64,000 bases of DNA, taken from positions 1-64,000 of IMG/VR virus record IMGVR_UViG_2883843030_000002, one strand, 5' to 3'. The DNA comes from a virus. Lineage: Duplodnaviria; Caudoviricetes. Each line of letters opens with the position of its first letter. Within the stretch, counting starts at the first letter, position 1. Positions 9,257-17,553 of the stretch are shown here, piece by piece. A model generated the notes under the pieces. That model searched no databases. It was not told the DNA's origin and saw only the letters and a list, made by a program, of their open reading frames with translations. The position numbers were made by a program, and so were the translations under genes.

Positions 9257-9772
9257 TTAGAAAGTGATTATGTTGTAGGAAATTCCTATTCCAATATACG
9301 GCTGAACTCTATTCGGTATCATGCCGCAACCGAGTTGGATTCCGATTCCCCACTTTTTATCTTTGGTGGGCGACCTGATATAGACGGTCTCGGTGCGTTT
9401 GAAAATCTCAATGCTATCCAGAGCCGGACGATAACCGCTCACGTAGGCTCTGAAAGTGCTGTCTTCGTATATCTTTTGGGTAATAGGAATTACGACTTCT
9501 ACACTATCCTTCGGGGACTCGTAACTCATCGAATCCACGATCGTTTCAATCGTAGCTGTCGGCGGACTGGGTTGTCTTGCGGCTGGCAGTCTTTCGGTGA
9601 CATACCGAAGTATCACGCTATCAACGGGGACTGGCTGGCGATACGGGATTGTGTCGTAGATTGTGATTACCTTTTCTTCTGTATCTATGGGACCGGCTCT
9701 GGTCCAGAGCATCACATTAGCGAGAACGGATGCAAGCAGCAAGATTAAGAGAATTGTTATTGCCTTTTTCAT
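9257..9772 (-). CDS. Lysis-cassette membrane protein (spanin-like candidate)
   Basis: N-terminal TM helix, C-terminal beta-hairpin YIGIGISYN; directly after the endolysin. Confidence 0.6.
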   Translation of the reverse strand: MKKAITILLILLLASVLANVMLWTRAGPIDTEEKVITIYDTIPYRQPVPVDSVILRYVTERLPAARQPSPPTATIETIVDSMSYESPKDSVEVVIPITQKIYEDSTFRAYVSGYRPALDSIEIFKRTETVYIRSPTKDKKWGIGIQLGCGMIPNRVQPYIGIGISYNIITF

Positions 9773-9783
9773 ACTGTTGGAAT

Positions 9784-10392
9784 TTAGAGACTCTTGTATT
9801 CGGTGAGAGCATCAAATGACGGGCAAGCCTTGTTCGCAAACTCTCTATGACCGTGAATTGTTGACTTGGGATATTTCGCCTTTAACCCTTTGAGAAGTTT
9901 GACGAGAGCTGTTCTCTGCGCCGGCGTGCGTGTATCTTTGGGAACATGGCTACCATCGGCGACTTCACCACCAATATAGCATACCCCGATGGAGTTTGAA
10001 TTGTGGCCCACGCAGTGTGCGCCAATTTTGGATTCTGCGCGGCCGGCATGAACGCTGCCGTCTCGATATATAACGTAGTGATACCCTATATCTGAGAATC
10101 CGCGAGCAAGATGCCACTCTCTGATTTGAGCCGTCGTGAAGTCCTTACCTTCAGGAGTCGCCGAGCAATGCACGATGAGTTCTGTGATATTCCGGGAATT
10201 TGTGGTAATAATGCCTAATTTTGCCCATGTGTTGGTGCCGACAACACCATCGACAGTAAGTTTGTTGGCTTTCTGAAATGCCCTGACAGCTTCGTCCGTA
10301 ATCGGGCCGAAGATGCCATCTGCAATGAGATTGAGCCTTGTTTGCAGGGTCTTTACATCATCGCCCCTGCTTCCGAGTCTGAGTATAGTCAT
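9784..10392 (-). CDS. Endolysin: PG-binding domain plus T7-lysozyme-type N-acetylmuramoyl-L-alanine amidase
   Basis: LRLGSRGDDVK..DGIFGP..DGVVG PG-binding repeat; IVHCSAT, GYHY, GHRE, KACPSF zinc-amidase motifs. Confidence 0.93.
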   Translation of the reverse strand: MTILRLGSRGDDVKTLQTRLNLIADGIFGPITDEAVRAFQKANKLTVDGVVGTNTWAKLGIITTNSRNITELIVHCSATPEGKDFTTAQIREWHLARGFSDIGYHYVIYRDGSVHAGRAESKIGAHCVGHNSNSIGVCYIGGEVADGSHVPKDTRTPAQRTALVKLLKGLKAKYPKSTIHGHREFANKACPSFDALTEYKSL

Positions 10393-10403
10393 TTTATCGT
10401 TAT

Positions 10404-10949
10404 TTATTCCGTGGTGTCACAGCTTTCTGATCCAAGTATCTGTTCAATTGATTCATAGCAATCCGCTCCAAGTTTCCTGTTAAGTGCGTCGAGAACACGT
10501 TTCTTAGCTAATTCATGGATTGAATCTTTTAAAGCATCATCGCCAATCCATTCGGCTATATCTCGGATTGTCTCAGGAATTTTTGCTGTACGGCATTTAC
10601 GGCGTCTAGAGTGTTCAAAAACACTCTTGCCTTCAATCACTATGATGGCGACAGCAATAACCATTGACACATACGGCCATTCGTACCAAGTAAAGATGGT
10701 ACCCATCAGTCCTAAGATGAATCCCAAAAGCTGGATTAACCAATACCATGAAATCTTCTCTACGGTCATTCTGAGCTTGCGAGAACGAAGAGGTTCTCCG
10801 AGTTTCTTGGCGGTATATATGCCACTAATAAAATCTATAATACATACAGCTACAGTCGAGAGAAACAGAATGAAGCAGACTATTAGGTGGCGGTATAAAT
10901 GGCCCAAATCGTAGTTGCTGAATGCCATGGAGATTATTTCGTTCATCAC
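10404..10949 (-). CDS. Holin
   Basis: Three TM segments, IDFISG..SRKLRMTVEK and EGKSVFE motifs; upstream of the endolysin. Confidence 0.8.
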   Translation of the reverse strand: MMNEIISMAFSNYDLGHLYRHLIVCFILFLSTVAVCIIDFISGIYTAKKLGEPLRSRKLRMTVEKISWYWLIQLLGFILGLMGTIFTWYEWPYVSMVIAVAIIVIEGKSVFEHSRRRKCRTAKIPETIRDIAEWIGDDALKDSIHELAKKRVLDALNRKLGADCYESIEQILGSESCDTTE

Positions 10950-10958
10950 TCTGTTTGT

Positions 10959-12221
10959 TTATTCGAGGTTGAAGACTTTCTTGAGTTCGTCCACGAGGTC
11001 AAGTTTCTCCCATGTGAACAGTTCGACTTGCTTATCTCCTACATTTTCGATTGAAGGGATGCGGCCGAAGTGTCCGTAGGAAGCTGTTGCTTCGTAAATG
11101 GGGTTGCGGAGTTTGAGTCTCTTGTTGATGCCAGCGGGAGTAAGGTCGACAAGCTGGGAAACGATGTTGGCGATTTCCGAGTCGGCATAAGGAACATGAC
11201 GGCGGACTGTGCTCACACAAAGACTCACAGGCTGGGCCACGCCTATGGCGTATGCAACCTGCACAAGAACTTGATCCGCCACTCCTGCGGCTACAAGATT
11301 CTTGGCGATGTGGCGGGCGGCGTAGGCTGCTGAGCGGTCGACCTTGCTGGGATCTTTACCAGAGAACGCGCCACCACCATGTGCACCATGACCGCCGTAG
11401 GTGTCGACAATGATTTTGCGCCCTGTAAGGCCGGTATCTCCGTGGGGGCCGCCGATGACGAACTTGCCGGTGGGATTGACATGAAGAACGAGATTGCTGT
11501 CAAACAGAGCTGCGACTTCGGGCTGAAGCTGAGAGATAACTCGCGGGAGCAGAATGTTCTTCACGTCTTCACTGATTCTGTTAAGCATGAGGGTATCGGC
11601 TGCAGATTGGGGGAGCCCATGCTCGGCCTTGATGAAGTCGTCGTGCTGTGTTGAGATTACGATGGTGTGGATTCTGTTCGGGCGGTTGCTCTCGTCATCA
11701 TATTCCACAGTTACCTGGCTCTTGGAGTCTGGGCGCAGATAGGTCATAACCTTGCCTTCGCGACGGATGCAAGAAAGTTCCTGGAGAAGCCTGTGGCTGA
11801 TATAGAGCGACAGCGGCATATAGGTTTCGGTTTCATTGCAGGCGAAGCCAAACATCATACCCTGGTCGCCGGCACCCTGTGCCTCTTCTGATTCACGCAC
11901 AACGCCACGGTTAATATCCGGACTCTGACCGTGCATGGCGTTTAGGATGCCGCATGATTCGGCGTCGAACTTGTAGTCGCTCTTGTTATAACCGATTCGG
12001 TTGATGACGCGGCGGGCGATGTCTTGAACATCCACTTTTGCGGTTGAACGATATTCGCCGGCGATGATAACCTGGCCGGTAGTAACGAGGGTTTCGCATG
12101 CAACTTTTGCGTCGCCGTCCTGTGAAAGATGGGCGTCCACGATGGCGTCTGAAATCTGGTCGGCCACCTTGTCGGGATGTCCCTCTGACACGGACTCCGA
12201 AGTAAAAAGGTATTTTCCCAT
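10959..12221 (-). CDS. metK: S-adenosylmethionine synthetase
   Basis: [31 protein letters not shown] signatures; full length. Confidence 0.97.
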   Translation of the reverse strand: MGKYLFTSESVSEGHPDKVADQISDAIVDAHLSQDGDAKVACETLVTTGQVIIAGEYRSTAKVDVQDIARRVINRIGYNKSDYKFDAESCGILNAMHGQSPDINRGVVRESEEAQGAGDQGMMFGFACNETETYMPLSLYISHRLLQELSCIRREGKVMTYLRPDSKSQVTVEYDDESNRPNRIHTIVISTQHDDFIKAEHGLPQSAADTLMLNRISEDVKNILLPRVISQLQPEVAALFDSNLVLHVNPTGKFVIGGPHGDTGLTGRKIIVDTYGGHGAHGGGAFSGKDPSKVDRSAAYAARHIAKNLVAAGVADQVLVQVAYAIGVAQPVSLCVSTVRRHVPYADSEIANIVSQLVDLTPAGINKRLKLRNPIYEATASYGHFGRIPSIENVGDKQVELFTWEKLDLVDELKKVFNLE

Positions 12222-12258
12222 TATTGTGATATTTTTGATTGATTTTCGTTTACTTGCT

Positions 12259-12266
12259 CAAAGTTA
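12259..12266 (-). promoter_or_regulatory. -7 promoter box TAACTTTG upstream of metK-lysis
   Basis: Matches the Bacteroidota TAnnTTTG consensus, ~40 nt before the ATG. Confidence 0.6.
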
Positions 12267-12296
12267 GATATATTACGTGCATCTACTTAATAAAAT

Positions 12297-12339
12297 GCGC
12301 CCGACAAACTGCAAGTGGCTATGCAGTCGTGCCGGGCGC
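12297..12339 (-). terminator. Long hairpin followed by ATTTT, closing the dut-nucleosidase unit
   Basis: GCGCCCG..ACTGCA-loop-TGCAGT..CGGGCGC. Confidence 0.6.
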
Positions 12340-12375
12340 GGCGAACCTATTGGGAAAACGGTTGTGGTAGGCTTG

Positions 12376-12906
12376 TTATCGTTGTGAACGTATGCGGGCA
12401 ATCTCTTCAATGTTTTTTCTTACCTCAGCCCACAGTTCTGCAGATGTTGTATCGATTGTAGTTTCGTATTCGGTTACATCGAGATTGTCGCTGACTATTT
12501 TGACAGAACCGATCAGGTCTATGGGGAACGCGACCATATAATTGAGTTCCATGTCGTATATTACCGGGGAATCGCTGGTGCTTTCCGTAACGAAGCTATT
12601 GCTTGTGTAGCATGGGTACCCGTCCAGGCCAAATTCGTATCCGTTGCGGTAGTCGTCGAATTCAACAGTATTATCTACGAGGCGGTATGATTTGGATACT
12701 TTGGTTACTGTTCCAATTGGTAATCTATTGCTACCGCAGAAACCGACATTGATAAAGCTGTGTTCCTTTGAATACAGCTGCGTCATCGCGCTCAGCGTCT
12801 TTATAACATTTGACGCGCCCACGCCGGTCTTGAATACGGAGTAATTGGTCAAATGCTTCTTTGCCAATTCGTACTCCTCTTTCGTTGCTGTGAGAATATG
12901 TATCAT
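12376..12906 (-). CDS. MTA/SAH nucleosidase-like protein (PNP/UDP phosphorylase superfamily), shortened
   Basis: ILTATKEE, TGVG, INVGFCG, DME, KIVSD motifs. Confidence 0.75.
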   Translation of the reverse strand: MIHILTATKEEYELAKKHLTNYSVFKTGVGASNVIKTLSAMTQLYSKEHSFINVGFCGSNRLPIGTVTKVSKSYRLVDNTVEFDDYRNGYEFGLDGYPCYTSNSFVTESTSDSPVIYDMELNYMVAFPIDLIGSVKIVSDNLDVTEYETTIDTTSAELWAEVRKNIEEIARIRSQR

Positions 12907-12915
12907 ACTATTGTG

Positions 12916-13557
12916 TTAACTATTGAATATTTTACCCATAAGGGTTGCATCTACTTCCTTCCTTTTTTCGGGAGGAAGGCTCGCGTAGTATTCGTGGAAC
13001 GGAATATCCTTTTTTTCGGTTGGAAGTCCAGAGCCGCTACTGCCGAGTCCACCCCCTCGGCTCTCGCAGGAGAGTTTGTCTACAATTTCAAACTCTGGTG
13101 AAAGAACTTTATAGAATGTCATTTGGGCGATGCGAGTACCACGTTTTATGGTGAACTCTTCGTCGTTATTTTTTACAATGACATTGATATTATCAGTGTA
13201 TCCGGGGTCAATTTTACCGACAAGTACATCACAATCCCAACGATATATACCGGTTGTGTGCTTCCATGGGAAAAAGATATTTGGGATAATACCGAACAGC
13301 AAATTTGGCTCCTTACGTGTTCCGTGCCCTTCCATACCATACAGCTCAAAGCCGCTCCTTGGCTCAATCTTTCCCTCGATATTTTTGGGTAAGTTTATAG
13401 CAATGTTAAGAGGTATCTTACATCTTGATCGAGCCGGCACAACGGTATCTTCTGGCACGGTTAGATCAAAGCCGATGCTCCCAGGCTTGGCTTTTTGCGG
13501 AAGTATATAGTGTGCGCCGAAGTGGGCGACTTCTAACACAATTGAATCTCTTTTCAT
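12916..13557 (-). CDS. dut: Trimeric dUTPase with an insertion and a C-terminal tail
   Basis: GFDL, PRSG, GKIDPGYTD, RIAQM, RGGGLGSSG motifs I-V. Confidence 0.9.
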   Translation of the reverse strand: MKRDSIVLEVAHFGAHYILPQKAKPGSIGFDLTVPEDTVVPARSRCKIPLNIAINLPKNIEGKIEPRSGFELYGMEGHGTRKEPNLLFGIIPNIFFPWKHTTGIYRWDCDVLVGKIDPGYTDNINVIVKNNDEEFTIKRGTRIAQMTFYKVLSPEFEIVDKLSCESRGGGLGSSGSGLPTEKKDIPFHEYYASLPPEKRKEVDATLMGKIFNS

Positions 13558-13609
13558 TTGTCAGTACGGTGGCTGCGCCAACACTTTGCATGCCGACGCA
13601 GCCTTTGTT

Positions 13610-14098
13610 TTATTTTGCGAATGTTACTTTTACGGTTGTGGTCGATGTTTTGGCCGGTGCATAAATGGTCGAAACTTCTCCGGTATCTTCGTCTACGATA
13701 GTTTGCTTACCGGGGATTCCTCGGAGGAATGTTTCGCGGGCTTTGAGTTTGGCATCCAGTTCGGCCTTTCGCTTTGCAAGGTCGTTCCACTCCGGGTCGT
13801 TGCAGGTGCTGAAGTCGTACTTAACGCCCGCCTCCGCTATGCAAAGATTAGCCCCGTTGTAGTTGGCTCCGTTTTTGCCATACTTTTCGCATGCGCTGAT
13901 GGTTGCATCGACAACCTCTTTGCTTTTGAGGAAGATAGATAGGCACTCTACCATTGCTTTTATGGTTGAGAATACTGTAATGGGGTCGGCATCGCCACCG
14001 ACGACTTTCGCGACGAGGTTCTGAGCCGTCGTCTTTTGATTTTCTTTCGTAAAGGGTATCGCCTTTCCGAAGATTTGGACTAAAGCATTTTCGCTCAT
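13610..14098 (-). CDS. Conserved Bacteroidota phage hypothetical protein
   Basis: KYDFSTCNDPEW...DEDTGEV motif; A-rich leader. Confidence 0.75.
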   Translation of the reverse strand: MSENALVQIFGKAIPFTKENQKTTAQNLVAKVVGGDADPITVFSTIKAMVECLSIFLKSKEVVDATISACEKYGKNGANYNGANLCIAEAGVKYDFSTCNDPEWNDLAKRKAELDAKLKARETFLRGIPGKQTIVDEDTGEVSTIYAPAKTSTTTVKVTFAK

Positions 14099-14105
14099 AT
14101 TGATA

Positions 14106-14339
14106 TTATTTTGAGTTTGGGGTTTGAACTTTCTTGAAGTCGTTGCGTAAATCTATCCATGCGAGCCGCCACAGGTATATTGATACGGCAAGCATTGCGA
14201 TTGAAAAGATGGCACCGTATGTATTCATTGTTCCTTTAATGATGTGCGCTACGGGCCACATGATGGCTATGATGAGCATGATTGCTCCATAGACTGCTTG
14301 CTGAACCGAGAAGAATCTCGAAATTGAATTTGCTGTCAT
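14106..14339 (-). CDS. Small membrane protein (2 TM)
   Basis: Two hydrophobic segments. Confidence 0.7.
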   Translation of the reverse strand: MTANSISRFFSVQQAVYGAIMLIIAIMWPVAHIIKGTMNTYGAIFSIAMLAVSIYLWRLAWIDLRNDFKKVQTPNSK

Positions 14340-14386
14340 TTTTTATTTGATATCTTATTTGCATTCAGGTGGGTTAAACCTGGTTC

Positions 14387-14749
14387 TTAATAGTATATTT
14401 CAGGGAATCCTTGGTTTGGGTCGGATTTGGGCGGTTGCCCTCCGCAGTACCATCCCTTTTGCCTTGTCAGCGACGGATGTAATATATTTGGATTGTCGCC
14501 TTCGGGATATTTGCTATGTCCATCTGACTCCAAACCAAAGGCAAGATTTATTCCGGCATCGCGATTACTACCCATACCATTCATTTCGGCAAGGAGTTCG
14601 TAATAGTCCTTCCCTCCGAATTTCCCATATCCTTCGTAGCAATTCTCTTCGTATGAAGAGCCATGGTTATCGGTCATATAGACTGTTTTATATTCTCCAG
14701 CCACAATTCTCTCGCCGGTATCCTGGCAGCACCATGAAAATTGTCCCAT
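14387..14749 (-). CDS. Hypothetical protein
   Basis: MGQFSW...YEGYGKFGGKDYYELLA phage motif. Confidence 0.75.
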   Translation of the reverse strand: MGQFSWCCQDTGERIVAGEYKTVYMTDNHGSSYEENCYEGYGKFGGKDYYELLAEMNGMGSNRDAGINLAFGLESDGHSKYPEGDNPNILHPSLTRQKGWYCGGQPPKSDPNQGFPEIYY

Positions 14750-14767
14750 ACTTTTTATTTATTTGAT

Positions 14768-15106
14768 TTAGTATCCGAGAACTTTCTTTGCGTTGGCCTC
14801 GATTTCTGCGAGAGACTGCTCAGGAAATTGCTGGTCGAGGATTTCGCCGGCTCTCTTGATAAAGTATTTGAACCTTAACTCAACTTCAGCTTTCTGTTCC
14901 TCATCGTTCATGTTCGCATACTCTTGAGTATTCTCGTTGTCAGGGCAGAATCCACCAAGTTCAAGCGCGCCGGTCATTTCGGGGCCAGTCGCAAACTCGC
15001 AATAACAGTGTTCGGCGAATGATAGTCCAGCTTCTTTCGTTTCTTCGTTGTAGAAGTCCCAGAGTTCCTTGACGTATGGTTCGTAGATGTCGAGTTCTTT
15101 TTTCAT
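14768..15106 (-). CDS. Hypothetical acidic protein, first gene after promoter copy 3
   Basis: Start at MKKELDI; the longer track start lies inside the promoter. Confidence 0.75.
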   Translation of the reverse strand: MKKELDIYEPYVKELWDFYNEETKEAGLSFAEHCYCEFATGPEMTGALELGGFCPDNENTQEYANMNDEEQKAEVELRFKYFIKRAGEILDQQFPEQSLAEIEANAKKVLGY

Positions 15107-15134
15107 TTCTTTGTGGTAGTTTTGGATTATTTTT

Positions 15135-15214
15135 ATCTTATTTGCATACGCAAAGATAATCAAAAATAATCATTTATGCAAGTTTTAGAGTGATTATTTT
15201 AATCATATCTGCAA
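15135..15214 (-). promoter_or_regulatory. Early promoter/operator cassette, copy 3
   Basis: TATCTTTG at 15151-15158; repeats at 15167 and 15200. Confidence 0.85.
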
Positions 15215-15305
15215 ATTATCGTCATTATGATTAGAAATGACTGTGCGCTGAAATGTATTCTGCACCTCTTTTTGCATATTTGATTAAATGGACTGGCAAA
15301 AAATA

Positions 15306-15331
15306 GACCCCACCATTATATTGGCAGGGTC
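15306..15331 (-). terminator. Terminator after higA
   Basis: GACCC..GGGTC stem followed by TATTTTTT on the minus strand. Confidence 0.6.
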
Positions 15332-15360
15332 AGAATTAGTTATATGAAATTACCGGAGTT

Positions 15361-15726
15361 TTATACTCCAAGTACGATAGACGGAGATATATTCAGTTTC
15401 TGGCTGATTGCGCGCGCTTGCCGGAGGGTAGGCTCTTTTTCTCCTGAAAGATATGCACATATTTTCGTTGGAGCTATACCGAGAAGTTTGGATAGGGACG
15501 CTTGTGTAAGCCCCATTTCCTGCATTCTTATTTTGATGACATCGACTAACGATGGCTCTCCAATTGAAAAATGTGAATCAGAATAATCCGCCACCAATCC
15601 AGACAGCAACTCCAACTCCATGCTGTGCGGGTCTGTCAGAGGCGTGTCGTCTTTTACATACGGCAAGAGTTCCTCTACTCTTTGGAGGGCCCAGCGATAT
15701 TGAGCTTCATTCTCTATCTTTGTCAT
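15361..15726 (-). CDS. higA: HigA antitoxin (HTH-XRE)
   Basis: KIENEAQYRWAL..ELELLSGLVADY; C-terminal HTH GLTQASLSKLLG..LSGEKEPTL. Confidence 0.9.
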   Translation of the reverse strand: MTKIENEAQYRWALQRVEELLPYVKDDTPLTDPHSMELELLSGLVADYSDSHFSIGEPSLVDVIKIRMQEMGLTQASLSKLLGIAPTKICAYLSGEKEPTLRQARAISQKLNISPSIVLGV

Positions 15727-15736
15727 ATATAAAATA

Positions 15737-16030
15737 TTAGATGGTTGAACAATCTATTTTATCATATTCTGCATGAGTACCGATAAATCGGATGTAAACC
15801 CACTTTATTGTAAATTTGATAACAACGACAAGTCGGTGGTGGTTGCCTTTGATGTTGAATACATAGTGCTGGTTTCCCACGTTATCAACGCTATTGAAGT
15901 CTCTTTTGACATCGGCGAAATTTTCCCAACGGGCAGCCTTGACAATTTTCAGCCACTCTTGTAATGGTGTCTTGGTGTCAGGGTGCCTGGAGATATATTC
16001 TTTCAGAGGCTCTTCCGTGATAACTCTCAT
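15737..16030 (-). CDS. higB: HigB mRNA interferase toxin
   Basis: MRVI..W...W.NFADVK.DF.SVD..VFNIKGNHHRLVV..IRFIGTHAEYDKID; upstream of the antitoxin. Confidence 0.92.
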   Translation of the reverse strand: MRVITEEPLKEYISRHPDTKTPLQEWLKIVKAARWENFADVKRDFNSVDNVGNQHYVFNIKGNHHRLVVVIKFTIKWVYIRFIGTHAEYDKIDCSTI

Positions 16031-16054
16031 ATCATTGTAATCATTTGTGTTATG

Positions 16055-16117
16055 CAAAGTTACAAATAAATAATCATATACGCAAATTAAGGGAGGATTA
16101 TTTAATCATAACTGCAA
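16055..16117 (-). promoter_or_regulatory. higBA promoter, a divergent copy (4) of the early cassette
   Basis: TAACTTTG at 16055-16062; TAATCATATACGCAA at 16071 and TAATCATAACTGCAA at 16103. Confidence 0.75.
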
Positions 16118-16133
16118 GATTTACAAATTAAAA

Positions 16134-16155
16134 GGAGCGCCATTACTGACGCTCC
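16134..16155 (-). terminator. Terminator at the end of the DGR/tail operon
   Basis: GGAGCG..CGCTCC stem followed by TTTT on the minus strand. Confidence 0.65.
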
Positions 16156-16180
16156 CGAACATTGAACGCTCTTTCGACGC

Positions 16181-16672
16181 TCACGCGCCTGAGGAACTGC
16201 AAATATGAAGTAGTACAAATAAATTCACATAGATGTCGACGAGAATACCGGCTTCGAGCCAGAAGACAAATTTGCGCCTGAGCACAACCCCGATGATAAC
16301 ACCCAAAATAGTTGCATAGGGTATTCCTGATGCAATTATAATCCAAGTCAGTGCAGACAAACCGAGAATTACGACCGCTCCGGTATGGACTTTTCCTACG
16401 AGTTCATCTTTGAACGCTGGGGAGGCGGCTACGAAAACAATGGAGCCACAAATCAGGAAAGCGAGATACTGGATGTTTTCCGGAGTAACTCGTAAGAGTG
16501 GCACCCATGCCAATGCCGCGCAGAGTGCAATCACGGCGGGGAAAAGGAATTTCGATTCTGTGTGGTAGTATGTCACGCTGATAGAGGTTGGTAGTCCTCT
16601 TGAGATAACATATGCAATCAGGTATATGACGATGATTGCGAAAGAAATAATTGCGAGTATTGTTTCAGTCAT
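16181..16672 (-). CDS. Multi-pass membrane protein
   Basis: Five or more hydrophobic segments; start at MTETIL. Confidence 0.75.
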   Translation of the reverse strand: MTETILAIISFAIIVIYLIAYVISRGLPTSISVTYYHTESKFLFPAVIALCAALAWVPLLRVTPENIQYLAFLICGSIVFVAASPAFKDELVGKVHTGAVVILGLSALTWIIIASGIPYATILGVIIGVVLRRKFVFWLEAGILVDIYVNLFVLLHICSSSGA

Positions 16673-16710
16673 AACGATTGGTGTTAAGGCAGCCTGCGGC
16701 CGCTGTGATT

Positions 16711-17028
16711 TTAATAAAGGAGTTTGATGGCAATGTCGTACCAAGTGTAGTAGTTTGCGAGGAACGCAACAACCGATCCGCCGAGACAGCCCACCTGGTC
16801 CCATGCAAGGTCCCAAATACAGAAATGGTTTCCCTTCTTCTTGCTATCCTTTATCTCTTTCCAAATACCGAAGGCAAGAGCCACGGCATAGGCGATGCCA
16901 GCCGCTATCCATGCTGATGGAAAGTGCATGAATGATACAAGCACACCAATGATGGTGGCGATAACGAATTCACAGAAGACGTGGAGCTTCTTATCGGCAC
17001 CAGTCTTGTCATTACAAATCTTTGTCAT
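16711..17028 (-). CDS. Small membrane protein (DK.LH / KE..D / D..WD motif, VanZ/YfiM-like)
   Basis: ADKKLH, WKEIKD, WDLAWDQVG; start at MTKICND. Confidence 0.65.
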   Translation of the reverse strand: MTKICNDKTGADKKLHVFCEFVIATIIGVLVSFMHFPSAWIAAGIAYAVALAFGIWKEIKDSKKKGNHFCIWDLAWDQVGCLGGSVVAFLANYYTWYDIAIKLLY

Positions 17029-17045
17029 ATAGGCGTATTTAGTAT

Positions 17046-17543
17046 TTATTGACTTTCCGAGTATTCCTCCATGCTGCCGAGAGCCTGGATAGCCATCCAT
17101 TCCTCTTTACTAACTTGCGCACGATGGGCGGCGATACCTGCTGACACCGCTCCGAGTTCTTCAAAACTAGTGAATGAATGTATCTGCGGAGTACCGTCAG
17201 GCTTGCTTCCAAGATTTACCTCTACCGGGAACTGCATAATGCCTCCCTGGATAGCAACGAGCATACCAGTTAGGTCTGTTTTCAGAGCTTCGGAGTATTC
17301 CACGGTCATGCCGCCCCATTGGTAGCCGTAACGAAGTTTAAAGTCGCTCTCAGCTTTGATCTCTGCTACAATGTCAGCCTTGATTTCGTCAAGTGTCGGC
17401 CGATGGTCGTAGGTCTGATACCAATTGTAGCCGGTTTCGTCGTCTTCGGAGTCTTTGCCGAAACCATAGAAAACAGCCCACTTCTTTGTGCCTATTTTCT
17501 CCAGGCCATTCTGCGGGCCTGACGCGCCGTATCTTTTTTCCAT
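17046..17543 (-). CDS. Tail-fibre-associated protein (DUF4376-like)
   Basis: HRPTLDEIKADI..YGYQWGG motif; downstream of the tail-fibre/DGR locus. Confidence 0.55.
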   Translation of the reverse strand: MEKRYGASGPQNGLEKIGTKKWAVFYGFGKDSEDDETGYNWYQTYDHRPTLDEIKADIVAEIKAESDFKLRYGYQWGGMTVEYSEALKTDLTGMLVAIQGGIMQFPVEVNLGSKPDGTPQIHSFTSFEELGAVSAGIAAHRAQVSKEEWMAIQALGSMEEYSESQ

Positions 17544-17553
17544 ATTAGAAGTA

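Noticed and set aside
9185-9748. 187-aa plus-strand ORF as an embedded o-spanin
   Set aside because: It is antisense to the lysis gene, has no lipobox, and crosses a terminator
12222-12375. SAM riboswitch upstream of metK
   Set aside because: No SAM-I or SAM-II consensus is recognisable, and a -7 box lies only ~40 nt from the ATG; the hairpin is better explained as a terminator
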